From Nitrospira sp. (lineage in GTDB: Bacteria > Nitrospirota > Nitrospiria > Nitrospirales > Nitrospiraceae): 64,000 bases of DNA. The notes beneath the pieces were generated by a model. It made no database searches. It saw only the letters and a program-made list of their open reading frames with translations, and had not been told where the DNA came from. Positions 57,038-64,000 of this stretch are shown piece after piece (position 1 is the first letter of the stretch; every line of letters begins with the position of its first letter). The stretch lies in contig VGXE01000007.1 of NCBI GenBank assembly GCA_016873455.1, forward strand, positions 1,281 through 65,280, written 5' to 3'. The translations under genes were made by a program, and so were the position numbers.

Positions 57038-57544
57038 ATCGTTCCCAAACTGCGTGTGAATCGTGAGATCCGGGTCCGAGAAGTACGCGTGATTGGTCCT
57101 GAGGGAGAACAACTGGGCATTCTTCCGACACCGGACGCCTTTCGCCAAGCGCAAGAAGGCGGATACGACTTGGTCGAAGTGGCCCCCACGTCGGTCCCTC
57201 CGGTCTGCCGGATCATGGACTATGGCAAGTACAAGTATGAGCTGAGCAAAAAAGACCATCAGAGCCGACGCCATCAGAAGTCCACGCAGGTGAAGGAAAT
57301 TAAGCTGCGGCCTCGCACAGACAAGCACGATCTGGAAATCAAGGTCCGCCAAATGAAGGCGTTTTTGGAGGAAGGCAACAAGACGAAAGTCACGCTCACT
57401 TATCGCGGACGAGAAATGGCCAACCAAGAAATGGGCCGGGCCGTGATGAACTCGGTGATCGAGCAGCTGGCCGACTGCGGCACGATCGAATATGCCCCCC
57501 GCATGGAGGGACGCAGTTTGATCATGATCGTGGCGCCAAAATAG
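57038..57544 (+). CDS. infC: Translation initiation factor IF-3 (probable non-AUG start)
   Basis: NREIRVREVRVIGPEGEQLG...YGKYKYE...KEIKLRP signature. AGGAGG (57026-57031) is followed after 6 nt by in-frame ATC 57038. The first GTG is at 57056. Confidence 0.9.
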   Translation: MVPKLRVNREIRVREVRVIGPEGEQLGILPTPDAFRQAQEGGYDLVEVAPTSVPPVCRIMDYGKYKYELSKKDHQSRRHQKSTQVKEIKLRPRTDKHDLEIKVRQMKAFLEEGNKTKVTLTYRGREMANQEMGRAVMNSVIEQLADCGTIEYAPRMEGRSLIMIVAPK

Positions 57545-57591
57545 GTAGTACCATTCACGATGACGACCGATTAACCAAAGGAATGAGTCTC

Positions 57592-57783
57592 ATGAAGATG
57601 AAGTCACATAAGGGGGCCAGTAAACGATTTGCAAAAACGGGAAGCGGCAAGATCGTCCGCCGCAAAGCGGGCAAGCGGCACTTGCTCAGTCACAAAGGAA
57701 GCGATCACAAGCGCCGGCTGAGCGGCGCGTCGGTCGTCGATCCCACAGCCACGGCCTCATTACGCAAGCTGCTGCCTCGGTAA
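57592..57783 (+). CDS. rpmI: 50S ribosomal protein L35
   Basis: MKMKSHKGASKRFAKTGSGKIVRRKAGKRH signature. The ATG at 57592 has better SD spacing than the one at 57583. Confidence 0.93.
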   Translation: MKMKSHKGASKRFAKTGSGKIVRRKAGKRHLLSHKGSDHKRRLSGASVVDPTATASLRKLLPR

Positions 57784-57825
57784 GAATTCGGATAGGGTTT
57801 TTTATAGAACGCAAAGGAGAGAATC

Positions 57826-58194
57826 ATGCCTCGCGCAAAAGGTGGACCGAAGACACGACATCGGAGAAATAAACGCCTGAAACTCGCCAAGGGACAATAT
57901 GGCGCAAAGAGCCGGTTGTTCCGTTCGGCAACGGAGAGCGTCGATAAAGGGCAGACCTACGCCTATGTGGGCCGCAAGGACCGTAAGGGCGACTTCCGCC
58001 GCCTGTGGATCGCACGCATCAGCGCCGCCGTCCGGGCCCAGGGCCTGAGCTACGGCCGATTCATCAACGCCCTCAAGAAAGCCAACGTGCTGCTGGACCG
58101 CAAGGTCCTCTCCGACATGGCGATCAAGGACGCCGCCGGATTTGAAAAGCTCTGCAGCCTCGCCAAGCAGCACATGACGCCGGCAGCGGCGTAA
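57826..58194 (+). CDS. rplT: 50S ribosomal protein L20
   Basis: MPRAKGGPKTRHRRNKRLKLAKGQYGAKSRL signature. Confidence 0.96.
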   Translation: MPRAKGGPKTRHRRNKRLKLAKGQYGAKSRLFRSATESVDKGQTYAYVGRKDRKGDFRRLWIARISAAVRAQGLSYGRFINALKKANVLLDRKVLSDMAIKDAAGFEKLCSLAKQHMTPAAA

Positions 58195-58224
58195 GTCGCA
58201 ACGCGGTTGCAACAAAAGAGAAGA

Positions 58225-58258
58225 GGGAGCGACAACTCGTCGCTCCCTTTTTCGTTTT
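58225..58258 (+). terminator. Rho-independent terminator of the thrS-infC-rpmI-rplT operon
   Basis: GGGAGCGAC-AACTC-GTCGCTCCC is a perfect 9-bp stem followed by TTTTTCGTTTT. Confidence 0.85.
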
Positions 58259-58538
58259 GGATCACGCTCCTGAACTCTCCGGTCTAATCCCACACAAACT
58301 GAAACACCCATCCGGATCCAACAAGCCATCCTCTGGAGTTCAAGATTTCCCAGAATACGTCACCCTGTGAGGGCCCCATGCCCTTCTCGTTTCGTTCTCA
58401 TCGTGGTTCCCCTGTGTAAGGTGTGGCCTGCAAGTTTAGGCAGAAGTGGACAATCTGCCGTAACCGGATTATACAGTCTGCCCAAACATTGTTAGCTGGC
58501 GGGCATCCGATCGTATGCGTTCAAAAAGGTAATTTGAG

Positions 58539-59318
58539 ATGACCTACTTATTTAAGGAAATGCTTCTGGCCGGCGGTTTGTTTCTCGGAATGCTGCTGTT
58601 CTTTGAACTGGGACGACAGTACGGCGTCGCCAGACGCAGGCGTGATCCAGTTGGCGCAGAGAAAGGATCCGGTCCGGTTGAGGCCGCAATATTCGGTCTG
58701 CTTGGTTTGCTTCTAGCGTTCACGTTTTCAGGTGCTGCGTCCAGATTCGAAGACCGCCGACACCTGATCACTGAGGAGGCAAACACGATCGGCACAGCAT
58801 ATCTTCGCATTGACCTACTACCGCCTGACACCCAGCCCGCCATACGGCAGCTATTTGTCCGCTATCTGAACACGCGGACAGATGCCTATCGCAATGCAGA
58901 GGATGTAACGACCACAAACACAAAAGCCTCTGAAACAGCAGCGATTCAGGGCGAAATCTGGTCGAAGGCAGTGGCGGCGTTACATCGCCCTGATACAGCG
59001 ACACAAGCTGCGATTCTTGTGATTCCCGCATTGAATGCAATGATCGACATCGCGACAACCAGGGGGACGGCGATGCAAAACCACCCGCCGCATGTTGTCT
59101 TTGTCCTGTTGGCGGCACTGAGCCTCACGAGCGCGCTTTTGGCCGGCCACGTGATGTGCAGGACCACCGTTAGAAGTTGGTTTTACATGCTCCTGTTTGC
59201 AGGGGCGATGTCTGTGACCTTCTTTGTGATCTTGGACCTCGAGTACCCGAGATTTGGTCTGATTCGCATAGACGAAGCCGACCAGGTGCTCATCGAGCTT
59301 CATAACCTCGTGCGGTAA
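58539..59318 (+). CDS. Membrane protein, DUF4239-like
   Basis: N-terminal TM, LLLAFTFSGAASRFEDRR segment, and two C-terminal TM helices. The family assignment is from memory of the DUF4239 pattern. Confidence 0.5.
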   Translation: MTYLFKEMLLAGGLFLGMLLFFELGRQYGVARRRRDPVGAEKGSGPVEAAIFGLLGLLLAFTFSGAASRFEDRRHLITEEANTIGTAYLRIDLLPPDTQPAIRQLFVRYLNTRTDAYRNAEDVTTTNTKASETAAIQGEIWSKAVAALHRPDTATQAAILVIPALNAMIDIATTRGTAMQNHPPHVVFVLLAALSLTSALLAGHVMCRTTVRSWFYMLLFAGAMSVTFFVILDLEYPRFGLIRIDEADQVLIELHNLVR

Positions 59319-59694
59319 AGATGTGCAACGTTTGGACGGGGTCGGGCTTTGCTATCTTAATAATTTGCCTACACCCACACTTCCGACTGCCATGCCCAGG
59401 GCCGATCGTGGTTTCTGCGGCCGTGAACGACGGTGATGTCCTAAGGACTGCTCTCAGGCGGTACGATCTCGCTGCCGAACTTCCGCTCCTGGCCGTTCTT
59501 CGACCATCGGTCTCCGACCCAAAGCAGAATTACACGGCGTCATTGGCCCTGATCTGATCGAATATTCCGGTATCCCGGCTTCTCCTCAATCCGCTGCCGC
59601 TGCCGGTCTCACTGTCTTCAGTGACATCCGGAATTGTTTGGGGCGTTGATGGGGCAGGCATGGGTGGAGAGTCTCGCAGACCTGAGTCTCATGG

Positions 59695-60366
59695 TTAAGA
59701 CGTGCCTTGTTCGACCAACTCATTCTCGATCGTGACGCCCAGTCGTGCTATCAGCCGAGTGAGTAATGTGAAGTGGGCGCGCGAGTCAGTCGCAACGGCC
59801 AGCTGTTCAGCCGTCGCCAGTTGTATCGTAGATACCAGTGCGGCGGAGGTTTTCAGGAGAGCCAGGCCATAGTCGAAGAGATCCGCTTCTCTGCCAACGA
59901 GCCGTCTCTGGCTGAGTTGACGGATACCGGCCACCGTAAAGGGAGTCATCTCGAACAAAGTATCATTGAGACGAACCAGCAAGGGCTGCTCGGTAAGGCC
60001 CTCGTGGTGACGCCCCGTGATGTCTGTGCCGTCGAACAGCCCTCGTTGGAATCGACGATTCTCCACCAGCGCGCGATGAAAGAGCCCACGCCACGTTGAA
60101 TCGGTAAGATCACGATCCACGGCGAGGCAGGTGTCCGGCGTGAGCGGTCCGCTGACGTTGTACCCCTGCACCAGTCGCTTGCTAGCCAGGAGGTCGGGGA
60201 AGGCATCGCCCATTCGTTCGGGAAAGGCCGTGGTCCCACAGAACGGACTGACTTGTATGGCCATATAGTCCCGGAAATGCACTTGTTGATACCGCTCCAG
60301 GAGCCACTGCAAGGTGCGCTCGTGGCACAGGTGGAACGGATAAAATAGGACGCCGGATCGTGTCAT
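59695..60366 (-). CDS. Hypothetical protein (223 aa), no recognised domain
   Basis: Long clean ORF in an A/T-richer islet. No motif I can assign. Confidence 0.45.
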   Translation of the reverse strand: MTRSGVLFYPFHLCHERTLQWLLERYQQVHFRDYMAIQVSPFCGTTAFPERMGDAFPDLLASKRLVQGYNVSGPLTPDTCLAVDRDLTDSTWRGLFHRALVENRRFQRGLFDGTDITGRHHEGLTEQPLLVRLNDTLFEMTPFTVAGIRQLSQRRLVGREADLFDYGLALLKTSAALVSTIQLATAEQLAVATDSRAHFTLLTRLIARLGVTIENELVEQGTS

Positions 60367-60751
60367 GCCAGTGATTCAGCATAGCTGCTCTGCAACCGAA
60401 TCGGCAAGCTGTCATCCCAGGAACAATCAAACGGACGCTGTTACAAATGAAATGGGGTCAGCAACTATTTCGCTGCTGGAAGGGAATCGGCGAGCACGCT
60501 GGCCGGCTATTCATCAGGGACACACGGGGGAGACTGAAACCAGGTATGGCACACAATTAAATAGCACACGGATCCCCATTCTCAAACACAGATCGACTCC
60601 AAGATTCGCAGTCTATCCCCGACAGCGAAGCGATGCGTTGTCTTGATACGCGTCGGACTTCCTTTTAGACTCACCATCCAGTACGCACCGTAACGTCCCG
60701 TGCTATGCGGCGCAGGATTCTTTATCTAATTAGCCAGCAGGAGAAAGATTC

Positions 60752-61165
60752 TTGTCGTTCCTGGCAGAGATTCTCATCGAGTTCGTAATCCAGTTCGTAC
60801 TTGAGGTTCTAGTAGAGATTGGCGCTCACGGTCTAAAGCGGGATCGGCCACCACTTCATCCTGCTCTTTCAGTCGCAATCTACATTCTGCTAGGTGGCCT
60901 GCTCGGCTGGCTGTCGTTCTTGTTCTACCCGCAGCACCTGATTTCTCACCCATACGCCCGTATCGTGAATCTCGTCCTGACTCCAATTGCTGTGGGGTTG
61001 GCGCTGGGTGCGATCGGTTCTTGGCGGGCCAAGCGAGGAACAGAACTGGTGCGGTTGAACAAGTTTGCGTACGGTTACGCTTTCGCACTGGCTTTTGCCT
61101 TGGCTCTGCTGGCTAACAACTTGTTCAAGCCGACACCGTTTCGTGGCATCGGCAATGGCCGTTAA
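60752..61165 (+). CDS. Hypothetical membrane protein (137 aa)
   Basis: AGGAG lies 8 nt upstream of TTG 60752. Four predicted hydrophobic helices. Confidence 0.45.
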   Translation: MSFLAEILIEFVIQFVLEVLVEIGAHGLKRDRPPLHPALSVAIYILLGGLLGWLSFLFYPQHLISHPYARIVNLVLTPIAVGLALGAIGSWRAKRGTELVRLNKFAYGYAFALAFALALLANNLFKPTPFRGIGNGR

Positions 61166-61329
61166 GATCGTGCACCGTCGCTACGGCTTGACTCAGGCAC
61201 AAATGCGACAGGGCTGAGAACCGCTTTCAGCGGGTGTGTGCCCTCCCTGCCGAACGTCCGGTTGTGGCCGGAGGCCGACGGTCGCAACATGGCCTCTACT
61301 GTCTATTGAGGGAAAATCGAGAGACTCGC

Positions 61330-63045
61330 TTACGATAGATCCGTGAGCTGAGACAGGTTTACGTCGAATGCGACCACCGGCACGGCGATCTGCCAGCGTT
61401 CGAGGACTTCGGGATGGACTTCGCCGATGACGCCGACGGCTTTGCCGGCGACGAGAATGCGGCCGGCGCGGCCTTCGAGAAACGACGGATGCTGGACCGG
61501 CTCCAAACTGTACTCTTTGCCCACATGGTACAAGAGCACGTCTAAACAAGAATGAATCTCCGAGAAATGCGCCGCGGCATGGGCGATCACCGCGCCGAGC
61601 ACGGTCTCCGTTCGGGAGCCCAGATCATGCGCCGCATCGGGAATCGCCACATCGCCGGCTTCGAACAAACGGTGCGGGTAAAACGCGCGGTTCGACGCGG
61701 CCTCGACGCGCAACAGCGAGGGCAACATCCATTGCCGTAAACAGGAAAAGCTCAACGACATCACGTTGTCGACTTCGACCATGTTCCCCCATTCGGTCTC
61801 GGCCAGGCGCATCGCATCGCGATACTGCTCCGGCGATCCCAGAATGTTGGAGATGATTTCCTGAAACCCCAGCCCGACCATCAATTCGCGAGCCCGATCC
61901 GACGCCTGCTCGATTCGAGAAAGACTCCCAACGGTAAACTGCGCCGGCATCTCCGGCGAGAATGATCCGTAGCCGCAACTCATCGCCACATCTTCGACCA
62001 CGTCCATCGCATGCAAGAGATCCTGCCGATAGGGCGGCAGCTTTGCCTTGACGGTTCCTTTCCCCACTGAGACGTCGTAGCCGTACGTTTCAAGGGCTTG
62101 TTTAACCGTCTTCTCGCTGAGTTCCTGGCCCAGCGCCCGTTCAATGGTGTCGATCTTGATCGTCCTCGGCTTTCCCAAGTCCTGTGGGGTCACAACACGT
62201 TTCCCGATGGCAGTACTCTTCGGATACTGCACTTCGACCGGCTCGATGGTCGCGCCGCGGTCGGCGAGGTTCGCAGCGAAGATGTTCAGTGTCAGCACGA
62301 CCATCGACAAATCCGTGCCCGTCACCTCTACGAACAGTTCGTCGTCGCCGACCCGCACCTCGCCGATCTCCCGGCTGTTGATGATCGGCGGAAAGGACAG
62401 GGGCTGGTTCCTGGCGTCTCGGAGAATCGGCAGGCGGTTCTGCCCGGCCAGAATATGCCCATGCTCCAACCCTTTCGGATGAACCATCAGAATTTCAGAC
62501 AGGGTCATCACCGTTTCCATGCCCAGCGGCGTGAACCGCGCGTCGTCCGGCTTCACTAATTCGTAGGTCACGGGGAACCGAATCTTCTGGAGCTGATAGA
62601 TCCCGATAGAGACCGTTTTGCGCTTGTGGCCGAAGATGTCTGCCAACTTCTCTTGTGTCTGAATGAGCTGCGCCAACCCTTCCTCAGTGACCCGGTAGCC
62701 CCTGGCCGCGCAGGCGGCGACATACGGGCGAACGTGTTCGAGTCCTGGCGCCACGATGAGACGGAGTGGGGTCTTAGCTTTCCTGGCTAGAAACGGATAG
62801 GGTTTGAGTTTCCCTTTGCGCTTGATGCGGATTTGCCGGGCAATGCCCTCGCAGCACCAGAGGTCTGGTCGGTTGCTGTCTTGCAATTCGACACGCAGTT
62901 CGCCCGTGTCGGGATTGTGGCCTTTCAGCTCCCCTTTCACCAGCATGAGCCAGTTTTCCAGATCCTCGATAGAGATCGCTCGATGCTTCCGATCAGCGTC
63001 GAGCAACGACTCCAAATCAGATTTGAAAATGGAAATCGTGGGCAT
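61330..63045 (-). CDS. pheT: Phenylalanine--tRNA ligase beta subunit, archaeal/eukaryal type
   Basis: 571 aa, against about 800 aa for bacterial PheT. N-terminus MPTISIFKSDLESLL...ELQDSNRPDLWCCEGIARQIR matches the archaeal-type B3/B4 beginning. No N-terminal tRNA-binding OB domain. Confidence 0.85.
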   Translation of the reverse strand: MPTISIFKSDLESLLDADRKHRAISIEDLENWLMLVKGELKGHNPDTGELRVELQDSNRPDLWCCEGIARQIRIKRKGKLKPYPFLARKAKTPLRLIVAPGLEHVRPYVAACAARGYRVTEEGLAQLIQTQEKLADIFGHKRKTVSIGIYQLQKIRFPVTYELVKPDDARFTPLGMETVMTLSEILMVHPKGLEHGHILAGQNRLPILRDARNQPLSFPPIINSREIGEVRVGDDELFVEVTGTDLSMVVLTLNIFAANLADRGATIEPVEVQYPKSTAIGKRVVTPQDLGKPRTIKIDTIERALGQELSEKTVKQALETYGYDVSVGKGTVKAKLPPYRQDLLHAMDVVEDVAMSCGYGSFSPEMPAQFTVGSLSRIEQASDRARELMVGLGFQEIISNILGSPEQYRDAMRLAETEWGNMVEVDNVMSLSFSCLRQWMLPSLLRVEAASNRAFYPHRLFEAGDVAIPDAAHDLGSRTETVLGAVIAHAAAHFSEIHSCLDVLLYHVGKEYSLEPVQHPSFLEGRAGRILVAGKAVGVIGEVHPEVLERWQIAVPVVAFDVNLSQLTDLS

Positions 63046-63053
63046 GGCGGCCT

Positions 63054-64000
63054 TTAGAAAAGTCCCCTGGTTGTCCGAATCAGTTCCAAGTTGTCAGTGA
63101 ACAACTCGCGGATGTCATGGATGCCCAGCGCGACCATCGCCATGCGGTCCAGACCAAGCCCCCACGCAATCACGGGCGCGGTTACACCGAGCGGCAGGGT
63201 CACTTCCGATCGAAACAGTCCGGCACCGCCAAGCTCCATCCATCCCAAGCGCGGATGCCGCACGTGCAACTCAACCGACGGCTCGGTGAAGGGGAAATAG
63301 GCCGGCACGAACTTTACCTCTTTGGCCTGTGCGACTTCCCTGGCGAACAAATTCAACAGGCCCAACAGCGTTCGAAAGTTGATGTCCTCGCCCAACACGA
63401 TCCCTTCGACTTGGAAAAAGTCCGTCGCATGGGTCGCATCGACCTGGTCATAGCGGAAACAGCGCGCGATCGAAAAATATTTCCCCGGCACGGACGGATT
63501 GGCGGCCAGCGTGCGGGACGACACGGCCGTCCCCTGGCTGCGCAGCACCAATCGCTTGGCCCGCTCGCGGTTGAACGTATACCCCCAACCGGTCGAGCCG
63601 GTCGTCCCGCCGTTCTCGTGCGCGGCGGTCACACGGGACAAAAACGGTTCGGCGACCCGCGCGGCATGAGTCGGCTGTTTCACGAAATACACGTCGTGGA
63701 TGTCGCGTGCGGGATGGAACTGCGGCATGAAGAGCGCATCCATATTCCAGAATTCTGTTTCGACGAGCGAACCCCGCATTTCCTGGAACCCCATGCTGAC
63801 CAGCTTGGCCTTCACCGCATCCAGAAATTCTCGATAGGGGTGTTTTTTACCCGTTCCGATGCGGGGCGCACGCAGGCTGATGGTATATTTCCTGAACCGT
63901 TTGGTCCGCCAGCTCCCGTCCTTGAGCAACTCCGGGCTCAACTGCGAGACTTCTTCGAGCGTGGGTTGCGCCGCCAACTGGCCGGCCACCGCCACGCCGT
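63054..64000 (-). CDS. pheS: Phenylalanine--tRNA ligase alpha subunit, archaeal/eukaryal type (5' end beyond window)
   Basis: HPYREFLDAVKAKLVSMGFQEM...VETEFWNMDALFMPQFHPARDIHDVYF and AWGLGLDRMAMVALGIHDIRELF resemble the archaeal/eukaryal alpha subunit rather than the bacterial NFDALNIP..HPAR form. Confidence 0.85.
   Translation of the reverse strand, partial: GVAVAGQLAAQPTLEEVSQLSPELLKDGSWRTKRFRKYTISLRAPRIGTGKKHPYREFLDAVKAKLVSMGFQEMRGSLVETEFWNMDALFMPQFHPARDIHDVYFVKQPTHAARVAEPFLSRVTAAHENGGTTGSTGWGYTFNRERAKRLVLRSQGTAVSSRTLAANPSVPGKYFSIARCFRYDQVDATHATDFFQVEGIVLGEDINFRTLLGLLNLFAREVAQAKEVKFVPAYFPFTEPSVELHVRHPRLGWMELGGAGLFRSEVTLPLGVTAPVIAWGLGLDRMAMVALGIHDIRELFTDNLELIRTTRGLF

Noticed and set aside
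59321-59694. Possible gene remnant or small ORFs in the 376-nt gap after the DUF4239-like gene
   Set aside because: Translating both strands gave only short, stop-interrupted peptides with no recognisable similarity. It is left unannotated.
61193-61549. 118-aa Arg-rich minus-strand ORF overlapping the pheT 3' end
   Set aside because: It is an alternative frame of a clearly homologous gene, and the extreme Arg/Ser/Pro content indicates a non-coding frame.

Overview
High-GC (about 60% by spot counts) bacterial chromosomal segment, densely coding and mostly housekeeping. The lineage guess of Nitrospirota-like is inference only. Gene order, with strand:

- tlyA fragment, xseB-xseA, ymdB-rny, and the zapB-like/zapA pair (all -)
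- a TPR lytic transglycosylase (-)
- rlmN, an M16 peptidase pair and a LarE-like PP-loop gene (+)
- an F0-only ATP synthase cluster, atpZ-atpB-atpE-atpF (-)
- pabB and a pabC-like gene (+)
- one ISL3-family insertion sequence whose transposase is split at an A7 tract
- tRNA-Arg(TCG), then aroK-aroE, an SDR gene and trmI (-)
- a sigma-70 family factor, lipB and gdh (+)
- a small accessory patch: hypotheticals, a ComEA-like gene, an S11 DD-carboxypeptidase with two coupled mini-proteins, and an FG-GAP lipoprotein
- a long minus-strand supraoperon, pheA-hisC-aroF-tyrA-aroA-cmk-plsC-rpsA-sppA-ihfB, followed downstream by a 4x PCP_red-repeat gene
- yebC-ruvA-(Cys-rich secreted ORF)-ruvB
- a sulfate-assimilation operon: rrf2, sir fused to TusA, cysH, a trpD-like gene, cysD, cysN fused to a kinase-like domain, then a zinc-ribbon/PCP_red gene
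- a Fis-type regulator, hupB, tRNA-Val(GAC), and thrS-infC-rpmI-rplT with a strong terminator
- an A/T-richer three-gene islet of hypotheticals
- convergent archaeal/eukaryal-type pheT and pheS (pheS runs off the window end)

I found no rRNA, CRISPR array, prophage or recognisable defence island.

The most system-like novelty is the extended sulfur-assimilation operon. It has four non-canonical parts: a Sir-TusA fusion, a TrpD-like protein with a destroyed PRPP loop, a divergent APS-kinase-like domain, and a trailing PCP_red protein. Other points of note are a second multi-PCP_red paralog, a secreted Cys-rich gene wedged inside ruvAB, and the archaeal-type PheRS next to an accessory islet. All functional calls come from reading the translated ORFs against remembered family signatures; no searches were run.
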